DNA from: Mycobacterium sp.
GTDB taxonomy: Bacteria > Actinomycetota > Actinomycetes > Mycobacteriales > Mycobacteriaceae
Length of the DNA stretch: 64,000 bases
Assembly (NCBI GenBank): GCA_035625875.1
Contig: DASPOT010000304.1
Span: 1,891 to 65,890 of the forward strand
Reading direction: 5' to 3'
Numbering within the stretch: the first letter of the stretch is position 1; each line of letters begins with the position of its first letter. The translations under genes were made by a program, and so were the position numbers. Positions 1 to 8,191 of this stretch are shown one piece after another. The notes beneath the pieces were generated by a model. It was not told the origin of the DNA. It did no database searches and worked only from the letters and a program-made list of their open reading frames with translations.

Positions 1-2
1 TC

Positions 3-614
3 GTGGCCGCCATCCTGGTGGTCCTGTACTTCGTCATGGTGATGTTCGTTGCTCGGTTGTACCTGATCCCGTCCGAGGCGATGGAGCCGACTCTCCACGG
101 CTGCAGCGGCTGTGCGGACGACCATCTCATCGTCGATAAACTCACGTACCGCTTCAGCCCGCCGAAGCCCGGTGACGTGATCGTGTTCAAGGCCCCGCCA
201 GCGTGGAGGTATAAGGAAGACTTCGTCAAGCGTGTCATCGCTGTGGGCAGGCAGACCGTCGAGTGCCGGGCCGATACGGGATTGACGGTGGACGGCAAGC
301 CGCTGACGGAGCCGTACCTGGATCCGACCACGATGATGGCCGACCCGGCGAAGTACCCGTGCCTGGGCAGCGAGTTCGGGCCGGTGGCCCTCCCGACGGG
401 ACGGCTGTGGGTGATGGGTGACAACCGGACGCACTCGGCGGACTCGCGGGCCCACTGCACCAGCGTCCCGGCCGAAGCCCTCAAGGGCGTGCTCTGCACC
501 GGCGACCCGATGTCGGGGACCGTTCCGGTGGCTAACGTCATCGGTAAGGCCAGGTTCATTGTGTGGCCGCCGTCGCGATGGCGTGGCGTGGGCTCGGTGA
601 ACCCGCAGTACTAA
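3..614 (+). CDS. Signal peptidase I (LepB-like paralogue), probably 5'-truncated by the window edge
   Basis: Catalytic Ser box IPSEAMEPTL, Lys box DFVKRV, WVMGDNRTHSADSR, GKARFIVWP. Not followed by rnhB as the housekeeping lepB is. Confidence 0.88.
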   Translation: MAAILVVLYFVMVMFVARLYLIPSEAMEPTLHGCSGCADDHLIVDKLTYRFSPPKPGDVIVFKAPPAWRYKEDFVKRVIAVGRQTVECRADTGLTVDGKPLTEPYLDPTTMMADPAKYPCLGSEFGPVALPTGRLWVMGDNRTHSADSRAHCTSVPAEALKGVLCTGDPMSGTVPVANVIGKARFIVWPPSRWRGVGSVNPQY

Positions 615-760
615 ACCGTTGAATCCGTCTGTTCCGCGATCACTCGGTATACCGTTGCGCGGCTTACTCCCAACGTGGTCGCGATGGTGCTTGCTGGTTC
701 GCCACTGGCGTGCATCCGGCGGGCAAGCTCGGACTTGGGTTTGTCAAGCGCCTTGGGACG
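611..760 (-). pseudogene. C-terminal HTH remnant of a serine resolvase/invertase, truncated by the 129-bp element
   Basis: RPKALDKPKSELARRMHASGEPASTIATTLGVSRATVYRV is a Hin/resolvase-type HTH. The frame runs directly into the element IR at 761. Confidence 0.75.
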
Positions 761-889
761 GGCACTGTCAACTTGAGCAATCCGAGGGCGATTTTCGCCG
801 GTTCGCCTCCGCGATTCACCAGGTCGCGTATGACGTATGAGGCGTATGTGGTTAGCAGAACGTCCACACGACCTCAAGTTGACAGTGCC
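761..889. mobile_element. 129-bp MITE-like element, copy 1, with IS6-family-like ends
   Basis: Perfect 17-bp terminal inverted repeats GGCACTGTCAACTTGAG / CTCAAGTTGACAGTGCC. No transposase capacity. Near-identical copy at 3550-3678. Confidence 0.85.
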
Positions 890-892
890 CCG

Positions 893-2188
893 TCAGGAGT
901 TCAGAGCGGCCGTCGCGGCCTCGATTCGTCGTTGCGCCCGCGCCAGCGCGCCGCCGGTCAGGCCCCAGACCAGGGCGATCGCCGCGCCTAGCAGCATCGC
1001 GATCGTCGGCTGCTGCGCGATCATGTCGATGCCCGCCTTGACCCAGCCGCTGACCGCATCGGCGCCGCGGTAGACCACGGTGTCGTTGAAGTTCTTGGCC
1101 TTATATTTGGCCTCCGGCTCAACCACGGTGTAGAGCATTTCGCGGCCCGGACGCACGAAGGCGTATTCGCCGGCGCGGCGCGCCACCATCACCACCGCCA
1201 GCACCGCGAAGGTCGGCGCGAACGCCAGCCACAAGAAACCGGTTGCGGCGATCAACGGCACCCCCACCAACAGCACGCCCAGGCCGAGCTTTCGCGCGAT
1301 GCGGCCGGTGATCAACAGCTGCGACAGGATCGACAGCGTCTGCACGATGGTGTCGATGCTGCCGAACACGCGGGTCTGGTCGGTGCGATCGGGGAAGGCT
1401 GCGTCGACCATACGCGCCTGTTCGAAGTACAGGAAGGTGCTGACGCTGGCCAGCAGCAGCATGAAGACGGCAATGCCGAGCAGGTAGGGCGATTTCAGCA
1501 CCTCGGTGGCGCCGGCGAAGGGACTGCCACCGAGTGGGCGCTGCCGCTGGGTGGCGTCGTCAGCAGCCAGCGCATGGCGCTCGCGCCAGTGCTGCACCCT
1601 ATGCGCTGCCAGCGCGGAGGAGACCAACAGCGCCGCGGACAGGAACATCAGCCCGGCGTGCCCGACCGGCCCGACCAGAAACAGCCCCAGCAGAGGGCCG
1701 GTCAGGCCGCCGAGGCTGGCGCCCGTGGCTATCAACGCGAACAGGCGCTTGGCCTGGCTGGTCGAGAACACGTCCACCAGCACGCTCCAGGCCACGGAGA
1801 TCGAAATCAGGCTGAACGTCGACAGCCAGATGTAGAAGATGCGCGCGACCCAAACGTCGTCTGGATCGAACAGGAACAAGGCGCCGAAGGCGATGAGGTT
1901 GAGCGTGAAGAAGCCATAGACCCAGCTCAGGATCCGTCGCCGCTGCACCCGCCCCGCGATCCAGCCGAACAGCGGCATCGCGGCCAGCGTCGCCAAGAAG
2001 GTGCCGGTGAACAACCACTGCAGGTTCTGGACGCCGCCGACGATGCCCATCGTCTCGCGCACCGGGCGCAGCATGAAGTAGCCGGCGAACAGCAGGAAGA
2101 ACATGGCGAAGCCGGCGACGACGGCGCCGACCTCGTCGCGCTCGACTCCAAACAGCCGCGCCAGCCAGGTCTGCGGGGCCTGGCTCAT
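893..2188 (-). CDS. MFS-fold transporter resembling the NTT/TLC (ATP:ADP antiporter-like) family
   Basis: 431 aa, about 12 hydrophobic segments. Motifs GYFMLRPVRE, FSTSQAKRLF and RPGREMLYTVV..EAKYKAKNFNDTVVYRGAD. Confidence 0.8.
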   Translation of the reverse strand: MSQAPQTWLARLFGVERDEVGAVVAGFAMFFLLFAGYFMLRPVRETMGIVGGVQNLQWLFTGTFLATLAAMPLFGWIAGRVQRRRILSWVYGFFTLNLIAFGALFLFDPDDVWVARIFYIWLSTFSLISISVAWSVLVDVFSTSQAKRLFALIATGASLGGLTGPLLGLFLVGPVGHAGLMFLSAALLVSSALAAHRVQHWRERHALAADDATQRQRPLGGSPFAGATEVLKSPYLLGIAVFMLLLASVSTFLYFEQARMVDAAFPDRTDQTRVFGSIDTIVQTLSILSQLLITGRIARKLGLGVLLVGVPLIAATGFLWLAFAPTFAVLAVVMVARRAGEYAFVRPGREMLYTVVEPEAKYKAKNFNDTVVYRGADAVSGWVKAGIDMIAQQPTIAMLLGAAIALVWGLTGGALARAQRRIEAATAALNS

Positions 2189-2209
2189 GCTGCCGGTCAG
2201 CGTCCGTCT

Positions 2210-2325
2210 CCTCCGCCGTCATCCCGGCGTCGGACGGGATCCGTTTTGATGCTCTGCGATGTACTGACCGCAGGTCCGGCCGCGACGGAATAAGATTCCT
2301 GGTTCCGCCGGAATGACGGCGGAGG
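2210..2325. repeat. Inverted pair of CGTC-tagged REP-like palindromes (REPIN-like)
   Basis: CCTCCGCCGTCATCCCGGCGTCGGACGGGATCC (2210-2242) faces AGATTCCTGGTTCCGCCGGAATGACGGCGGAGG (2293-2325). The outer 20 bp pair with one mismatch. Confidence 0.7.
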
Positions 2326-2354
2326 TGCATACCAGCTTGCGAGGGTAGACACCC

Positions 2355-3338
2355 TCACGCGAACATCTTGACCAGCTCGGACTGCTGCTCCTGGCTGAGC
2401 AGCGCGCCGGTGCCGGCCTTGAGGTTGTCGGCCTGGCGATCCGGCTTGCCGGTCGCCGGGATCACCGCCGTGACGGCGGGATGGCTGACCGCGAACTTGA
2501 GGAACATCTGCGCCCACGAGGTGACGCCGGCCCCGGCCGCCCACTCCGGCAGCGGCTTGTCTGCGACCTGCGCGAACAGCTTGCCGGCGTCGAATGGTTG
2601 GTTGATCAGCACCGCCACGCCCAGTGCCTGCGCGGCCGGCAGCAGCGAATCGGCGGCCTGCGGCGCGTTGACCGAATAGTCGATCTGTATGAAATCCGGC
2701 CTCTCCGCACGCATGATGCGCTCGGTCTCGGCATGGCCGCTCTCCAGGTGGTGAGTGATGCCGATGTACTTCGTCAGTCCTTGCTCCTTGAGTTGGCGGG
2801 CATAGGGCAGGGCGATCTCCCACGCGCGCAGGTTGTGTACCTGCAGCAGTTCGACCCTGTCCGTACGCAGGCGGCGCAGCGAGTTCGCCCACTGCGCCTC
2901 CAGCGCGGCGCGGTCGTCGGCAGCGAGCTTGGTGGCCAGAAAACAGCGCTCGCGCCAGCCGCCCTCGGCCAGCAGCGCGCCGAGCACGTCCTCGGCGTTG
3001 GAATAATTGGGCGAGGTGTCGAACACCGAGCCGCCGCCCTCGAAGAACACGCGGATGGTCTCCTTGAGGGTCTCGAACTCGCCGGAACCCAGCGGTACCT
3101 CGTAGCTGCGGTAGGTGCCGGCGCCGATCACCGGAACCTGCTGACCGGTGGCGGGAATTGCGCGCGTGATCAGCGATCCTGCGACGAGCGCGGGCTGCGG
3201 CGCCGTCGGCGGCGGCGCGGGAGTCGCGGGGGCAGACGGGGGCGCAGGGGTCTGGCGGCTGCAGGCCGCTAGCGGACCCAGCACGAGGCCGGTTGCGATG
3301 AGGACGGTTGAGGCCAGGAAATCGCGGCGTGACGTCAT
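2355..3338 (-). CDS. Aldo/keto reductase with Tat signal and lipobox
   Basis: MTSRRDFL twin-arginine motif, LAAC lipobox, Pro/Ala linker. AKR tetrad in DTSPNY, LATKL, QVHN. Confidence 0.88.
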   Translation of the reverse strand: MTSRRDFLASTVLIATGLVLGPLAACSRQTPAPPSAPATPAPPPTAPQPALVAGSLITRAIPATGQQVPVIGAGTYRSYEVPLGSGEFETLKETIRVFFEGGGSVFDTSPNYSNAEDVLGALLAEGGWRERCFLATKLAADDRAALEAQWANSLRRLRTDRVELLQVHNLRAWEIALPYARQLKEQGLTKYIGITHHLESGHAETERIMRAERPDFIQIDYSVNAPQAADSLLPAAQALGVAVLINQPFDAGKLFAQVADKPLPEWAAGAGVTSWAQMFLKFAVSHPAVTAVIPATGKPDRQADNLKAGTGALLSQEQQSELVKMFA

Positions 3339-3549
3339 GTTGGATCCTCGGCACAAGGGAACGCAACCTTCATCTTAAGTCGGCCGTTGGATGAAACAAC
3401 CTGGGCGAGTTGCTGGCACTCGTTTCAAGTCTCCCGTGGGTGCCGAACGAAAATACGACTCGTCCGTCATTCAACAGAGCACGCATGACCTGGACGGAAC
3501 GGACACAGGCGGAAGCCATCGGATTGTTGACCGAAGGATCCAGGAAAGA

Positions 3550-3678
3550 GGCACTGTCAACTTGAGCAATCCGAGGGCGATTTTCGCCGGTTCGCCTTCG
3601 CGATTCACCAGGTCGCGTGTGACGTATGAGGCGTATGTGGTTAGCGGGACGTCCACACGACCTCAAGTTGACAGTGCC
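3550..3678. mobile_element. 129-bp MITE-like element, copy 2 (same orientation as copy 1)
   Basis: Same 17-bp terminal IRs. Differs from copy 1 at 4 internal positions, all transitions. Confidence 0.85.
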
Positions 3679-3741
3679 GTTTTCCGACCCGATTTTGACG
3701 TGGTTTTTACGCCAATTCGGCTGTGTGCGAACATGGTTGGT

Positions 3742-4032
3742 ATGGGGGAGTTTCGCTTACCCGACGGCCGCAAGGTGCGGATCACCGAACGGGCGTTAGA
3801 GAACATAGATGACCACGATGACTGCCCGTTCTGCCTGGGGCAGGCTGCGGCGCATCGAGGGGACGCTGAGGAGTGCAACCCCTTTCCTGAGGTTGACGTC
3901 CGACGAGGGTCTGATGAGTGGTATGAGTCCGATTACGGGTTGTGGCTGACAGGTCACAGCCTAGGTTCTACCGAGCCGGGTGGACTGTTGTGGTACGAGC
4001 AACCCAACCGTGGCGATGAAGATCGGAACTGA
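3742..4032 (+). CDS. Small acidic protein with Rmf/CrpP-like motif
   Basis: Pattern GQAAAHRG..EECNPFP..LWLTGH resembles the G..A...G..CP(Y/F)..W..G signature. Start could be 3733. Confidence 0.5.
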   Translation: MGEFRLPDGRKVRITERALENIDDHDDCPFCLGQAAAHRGDAEECNPFPEVDVRRGSDEWYESDYGLWLTGHSLGSTEPGGLLWYEQPNRGDEDRN

Positions 4033-4291
4033 GTTGACGTCGTGGCCCAGCGTGCGCGGTTCGGGCACTTCGGCTGTCAGCGTGTGGCATGGTGTTGGTT
4101 GTGGTTTCTCCCCAATATCCAAGCACCGCCAGCTACACACAACCGCCCCTTACCTCCACGGCCGCCTGAGCAACAGCCAGCGACGAGAGGGGGGACATAG
4201 GCGCTGCAGTAGCCGAACTCCGCAAGATTCGCGGGGTTCTCGAGGAGATCCGCGGGCTTATGCAGGCCACGAAGCAGGGCAGCCACGACGG

Positions 4292-4522
4292 CTAACGGAC
4301 CCGCGCCGGCCCGTGCAGCAAGCTGCACCCGGCGCCGAGCGGTGGCCCGTAGGTGATGGCGCCGCACTCGCAGCGCCAGGTGAGATGCCGCCCGCATGAG
4401 CAGGCGATCGACCCCACGAGTGTGTGCCCCGACCGCAGCCGGTGCCCGCGCGGGCAGCGCAGCGGTGGCCTGACCATCCACTGGCCCGACGTCGAGCGCA
4501 CCAGCTCGCCAATCGCGTGCAT
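4292..4522 (-). CDS. Small Cys/His-rich hypothetical protein (putative zinc-binding)
   Basis: 76 aa with CPRGH, CSCGRH, CECG. Confidence 0.55.
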   Translation of the reverse strand: MHAIGELVRSTSGQWMVRPPLRCPRGHRLRSGHTLVGSIACSCGRHLTWRCECGAITYGPPLGAGCSLLHGPARVR

Positions 4523-4622
4523 ACGTCAACGCTAGATCGACTGGATGCGGCGCGCCGGGTGATCACCTCGACGTTGACGCCGGCTACCACACGCGCGGCG
4601 GGTAGGGGCGACAACTAGGTGG

Positions 4623-5123
4623 GTGAAGGTTGCGGATTCGCGAGCGGCTGCCCGCTCGCCCGACATGAAGAGGGACCCCGTCACGAAGTACTGGGACCCG
4701 GTCGAACCAGCCGACCCGGACCCAATCCACGCATGGCTCTACTCTGCCGACCCCGGGCCACCGATCGACTGGTTTCGTGACGCGCCGAAGGATGTAGCCC
4801 GTTTGAGGCGCTATATTCTGGGCCGGCCTGGGACGGCATTGCTCGAGGACGGTGGGTTTGTAAGGGCCGCGTGCGGCAGACGAGTCCGGGTCATTTACCT
4901 GCACCCGTTCGACACGGCCAAGGTTGGCGTGTGCCCACAGTGTGCGTCGATGGCCGTTTTGTGGCAGACCGACCCCGCCGAGTACGACCGACAGGTCAGG
5001 GTGCGTAACGAGCGATGGGCTCAACGCGATGCACAACGGTACGACGAGTTCGACGAGTTCGACTTAGAGCGTCAAGAGTCCTACGGCACGGACCCGATTG
5101 ACGACGACGAGCCGCTGTTGTAG
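4623..5123 (+). CDS. Hypothetical protein with ACG...CPQC motif and acidic tail
   Basis: 166-aa ORF with protein-like composition and a possible zinc ribbon. Confidence 0.55.
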   Translation: MKVADSRAAARSPDMKRDPVTKYWDPVEPADPDPIHAWLYSADPGPPIDWFRDAPKDVARLRRYILGRPGTALLEDGGFVRAACGRRVRVIYLHPFDTAKVGVCPQCASMAVLWQTDPAEYDRQVRVRNERWAQRDAQRYDEFDEFDLERQESYGTDPIDDDEPLL

Positions 5124-5323
5124 GCGTCGTTCAATTCCTGCCGAGCCGTAGCGGTCTCGTCGGCACCAGTGCAAGCACGTGCCAAGGTGCCGGCTTGGCA
5201 CGCCACCGCGGCGGAATCGAAGACACGGCGCGTTCGTATATCGCCGTGGACACCGGCATCCCGATTGGCGACGTCGCCGTGCGAATCGTCAGTGACGTGG
5301 ACCGGTGGCTAGTGTTGGCTGCG

Positions 5324-5635
5324 ATGCCACGTCGCAAGCAGGTGTACAAGATCACGTACCCGAACGGGAAGGTCTACGTCGGCATGGATCTGACCAGAAC
5401 AATCTTGTACTTCGGTAGCCCCAGCGCACACGAACAAATCGCCGCTGACCTTGACATTGAGGCGCATCGGCTCGAATTGACGCTACGCAAGGAGATCCTC
5501 TGGGAGTCCGAGACCGCGACCGACGCCGAAGTGCGCGTGAAAGAGATGGAGCTGATCCGTGAGACCCGCGCCAACGATCCAGCGGTGGGCTACAACAAAC
5601 TGCCCAGGCATCGACACCCACCGTCCGCGGAGTAG
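5324..5635 (+). CDS. GIY-YIG nuclease-family protein
   Basis: VYKITYPNGKVYVG is a GIY-YIG motif. Conserved Glu (VKEMELI) and a GYN near the C-terminus. Confidence 0.75.
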   Translation: MPRRKQVYKITYPNGKVYVGMDLTRTILYFGSPSAHEQIAADLDIEAHRLELTLRKEILWESETATDAEVRVKEMELIRETRANDPAVGYNKLPRHRHPPSAE

Positions 5636-5725
5636 GAAACGGCCACCGGGCCGATCGCCTCGGTGGCCGTTCGGGGTGGATTCCGACTATTCGGTTGGTG
5701 CGCCGATCTTGTCGTAGCCGTTCAT

Positions 5726-6026
5726 CTACTCAACCTCCGTGGCGGCATCGAGCAGCGCTGCCGCGAGCTGGCGGGCCTGATCGACGGTGATCGGTTCGTT
5801 GGCACACAGCTCGTGCACCACGATGTCGCGGGTGATGCTGCCGTCGTGGTGCTGCGCGCCGCTGATGTAGACCTCGATGTCGGTGTCATGGTGTGGGCGA
5901 TCGACGATCCGCCGTGACCCCTCGAAAAAACCGAAACGGTGTCGGGGTGTGCGTGTCGTTCCAGCCGTCGACGAGCACGGCGCCGGCCGGCAGCGGGATC
6001 TGGTGAAGTGGGTTGGCGGTGGTCAT
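5726..6026 (-). pseudogene. Frameshifted small protein resembling mycobacterial prophage-like (phiRv-type) proteins
   Basis: Strong RBS (GAGGAGGA), then MTTANPLHQIPLPAGA..FRFFRG. A +1 shift at the T6/G4 run continues SRRIVD..QARQLAAALLDAATEVE*. Span is 301 nt (3n+1). Confidence 0.5.
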
Positions 6027-6237
6027 GGCGTGCAATTTCCTCCTCGGGTTTCCATCACCCCGGAGCGCTATTGCATGGTTATTGCATGATCGCTGGTAAG
6101 CCAACCTAGATACCGCAATTGAACTGCACAAACACTGGTGCGCGATACTGGGATTGAACCAGTTGGCGCTTGCGACAGGCTGGACGCGCACCAGGCATAT
6201 TAGCGACCTGTTACTAACCTGAGGTGCTTGTGTCGGA

Positions 6238-6295
6238 CCTCCGATCACCACGCCGGTGAGCACGTCGAGCGCAGCGAACAAGCTGGTGGTGTCGC
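6238..6295 (-). pseudogene. Tiny IS630-family transposase remnant
   Basis: Translates TTSLFAALDVLTGVVIG, matching the IS630 segment GT.SLFAALDV.TG.VIG. Confidence 0.5.
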
Positions 6296-6298
6296 GGG

Positions 6299-8191
6299 CT
6301 ACCACCACCTCTCCGGGCCGAGTTGAAGGCACTTTTGCAGGTCGGCATCGACGGCGCGCACCGCGGCTTCCTTGACGAGGTAGGCGGCAGCGATGTCAGC
6401 GAAGCGGCCGGTTGTCAGGTTCGCTCGTTGGCACACCATTCGTTCGATTCCGGCCGCGACCGCCGCGGGGCCGTGCGAATCGAGGAAGACGTCCTCGTCG
6501 GGCAGCCGCCACAGCGCGGCAAGGCAGCGCAGAACGCCGGGCAGGCCAAACGTGGGAATCACGCGCCGCCACAGCAGTTCGCCGACAGGGCCGAGCGGGA
6601 CCCGGGGTTGCGGCGGCGCGTACACACCTGTCCGGCCGGGTCCCAGCACCCATCGGCTCAGGTGCGCCGACTCGAACGGCCAGTCGTAGGGCAGGATCTC
6701 GTCGATCTGTCCTGTGCCCGCCGACGTCTGCCACCGGAGCAGGAACGGGAAGCGATGTCTCGCCGCGGTATCCACGTAGCCGTTGGACGCATGGCGTACG
6801 CCCGATGACGCCGTTGTCGTGCGGGCGGCGACCGCGACCAGGTCCTCGGTCGGCGAGATCCCGACGGCCCAGGCGGCGCCCGACGGACCGTACAGCCGGA
6901 TCGCCGCCGCCGCGGGCGAATCCGGCGCACAGATACGCGCCAGCCGCCGGTCGTTGCGGACCACCGCGTCCCACACCTTTCCGATCAGCTTGTCGCCGAG
7001 TTTCCCGAGCTTGGCCGGCGTCGGGCTGGGATCGGTGCGCACCGCCGATGGGTGCTGCCTCGGTGTCGGCGGTTCTGTGACAACCTGTTTCGCCTTCGCG
7101 GCTGGCTTCGCCGACGGTCTCGTGGGCTCATGCGCGAGCCGGGCGGTCCGCCGGGGAACGCAGCTGGCGCACCCGAGCCTCGTCTTCGCCGCGACCAGTC
7201 GCTCATCGGCACCGCAGTGTGGACAGGCGATGTCGGTGAAACGAGTCAGCGGGATGAGCCAATCGAGCGTCAGCGGGTAACGTCGGTCACCGCGTCGGAC
7301 ATCGACCGGCAACCGCCACACCGGCACCTCGTAGATGTGCAGCCGATAGGGCCGGACCTCGTGGCTGGCCTGGTACTTCTCCCGAGTCTCGCCGATCCGC
7401 CGGGCGCGCTCGTTCCGTACGCTGTCGGCGCGTGCGTCCAGCAGCTCCCAGCGATCGGCAGCTGCTTGCGCGCGCCGGCGCTCGATCGTCGCGAGCGCAT
7501 CGCGGTAATAGGCCTCGACGCGTTCAAGCTCCGTGTCGCGCGCCTTGTCGATGTCATCACCGAGTTCGGATCGCCGCCGCTCGGCACACTGCTCGATAAC
7601 CCGGTCCGCAAATGTGAGCGCCGCGGTCAGGCCGGTGAGCGACGGCGAACCATCTTTCGGCACTGTCGGCAAGGCGGCGAGCTTCATACTGATGTGGGTT
7701 GGGAGCTGGCGTTGCGACTGCACATCCACCCAGCATTCGGCGCATTCCTGGTAGTGGTCGTCGCTGGACAGCGTGTAGTCGACCAGCGCCCCGACACGCA
7801 GAATCGCGCGAACCGACCGGGTCGGTGCGCCCGTGGCGTCGATCCGTCCGTGATCGACGGTGAACTGGTCGCGCGCCAGTGCCTGCAGGTGCTCGGCCGG
7901 GGGTGGCGGCGTGGCGGCCACCGGAACGGCCATCGCGGCGACGTCACCCACCGCCAGCACCTCGTCGGCGGAGCGACCCAGCGCGGGATGCCCGGCCGAG
8001 AGGAAGGTCGCACCGTCCTCGCGAGCGACATCGGGATCGGCGGTGACCTGCAGCACCTCCGGCAGCTCCAGCATCGTCTGCAGGGCCGGTGGGAGCACCA
8101 CCAGCGTCGTATCGCTGCCGAATTCGGTGAGCCCGCCGCTCGCCTCGACATACCGCAGCCAGAAGTCCAGCCCCACATCGGTGCTCGTCAC
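6299..8191 (-). CDS. Large uncharacterised partner of the SNF2 ATPase (YqhG-like N-terminus, coiled coil, CxxC-CxxC ribbon, extra C-terminal domain)
   Basis: 630 aa. Coiled coil ELERVEAYY..ERARRIGETREKY, CPHC..CASC, Pro-rich linker. GTGA overlap with the SNF2 stop. Confidence 0.75.
   Translation of the reverse strand: MTSTDVGLDFWLRYVEASGGLTEFGSDTTLVVLPPALQTMLELPEVLQVTADPDVAREDGATFLSAGHPALGRSADEVLAVGDVAAMAVPVAATPPPPAEHLQALARDQFTVDHGRIDATGAPTRSVRAILRVGALVDYTLSSDDHYQECAECWVDVQSQRQLPTHISMKLAALPTVPKDGSPSLTGLTAALTFADRVIEQCAERRRSELGDDIDKARDTELERVEAYYRDALATIERRRAQAAADRWELLDARADSVRNERARRIGETREKYQASHEVRPYRLHIYEVPVWRLPVDVRRGDRRYPLTLDWLIPLTRFTDIACPHCGADERLVAAKTRLGCASCVPRRTARLAHEPTRPSAKPAAKAKQVVTEPPTPRQHPSAVRTDPSPTPAKLGKLGDKLIGKVWDAVVRNDRRLARICAPDSPAAAAIRLYGPSGAAWAVGISPTEDLVAVAARTTTASSGVRHASNGYVDTAARHRFPFLLRWQTSAGTGQIDEILPYDWPFESAHLSRWVLGPGRTGVYAPPQPRVPLGPVGELLWRRVIPTFGLPGVLRCLAALWRLPDEDVFLDSHGPAAVAAGIERMVCQRANLTTGRFADIAAAYLVKEAAVRAVDADLQKCLQLGPERWW

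Noticed and set aside
611-877. ORFs starting inside the MITE copies (611-877, 3370-3666) or reading through one (3391-4032)
   Set aside because: Their shared peptide is just the translated repeat, and the extensions are fusion artefacts.
761-3678. CRISPR array or integron attC cassette interpretation of the repeats
   Set aside because: Only two long copies 2.7 kb apart with IS-like terminal IRs. No cas or integrase gene and no spacer periodicity.
753-3686. Target-site duplication around the MITE pair or either copy
   Set aside because: The 8-bp flanks (TTGGGACG, CCGTCAGG, AGGAAAGA, GTTTTCCG) do not match in any combination.
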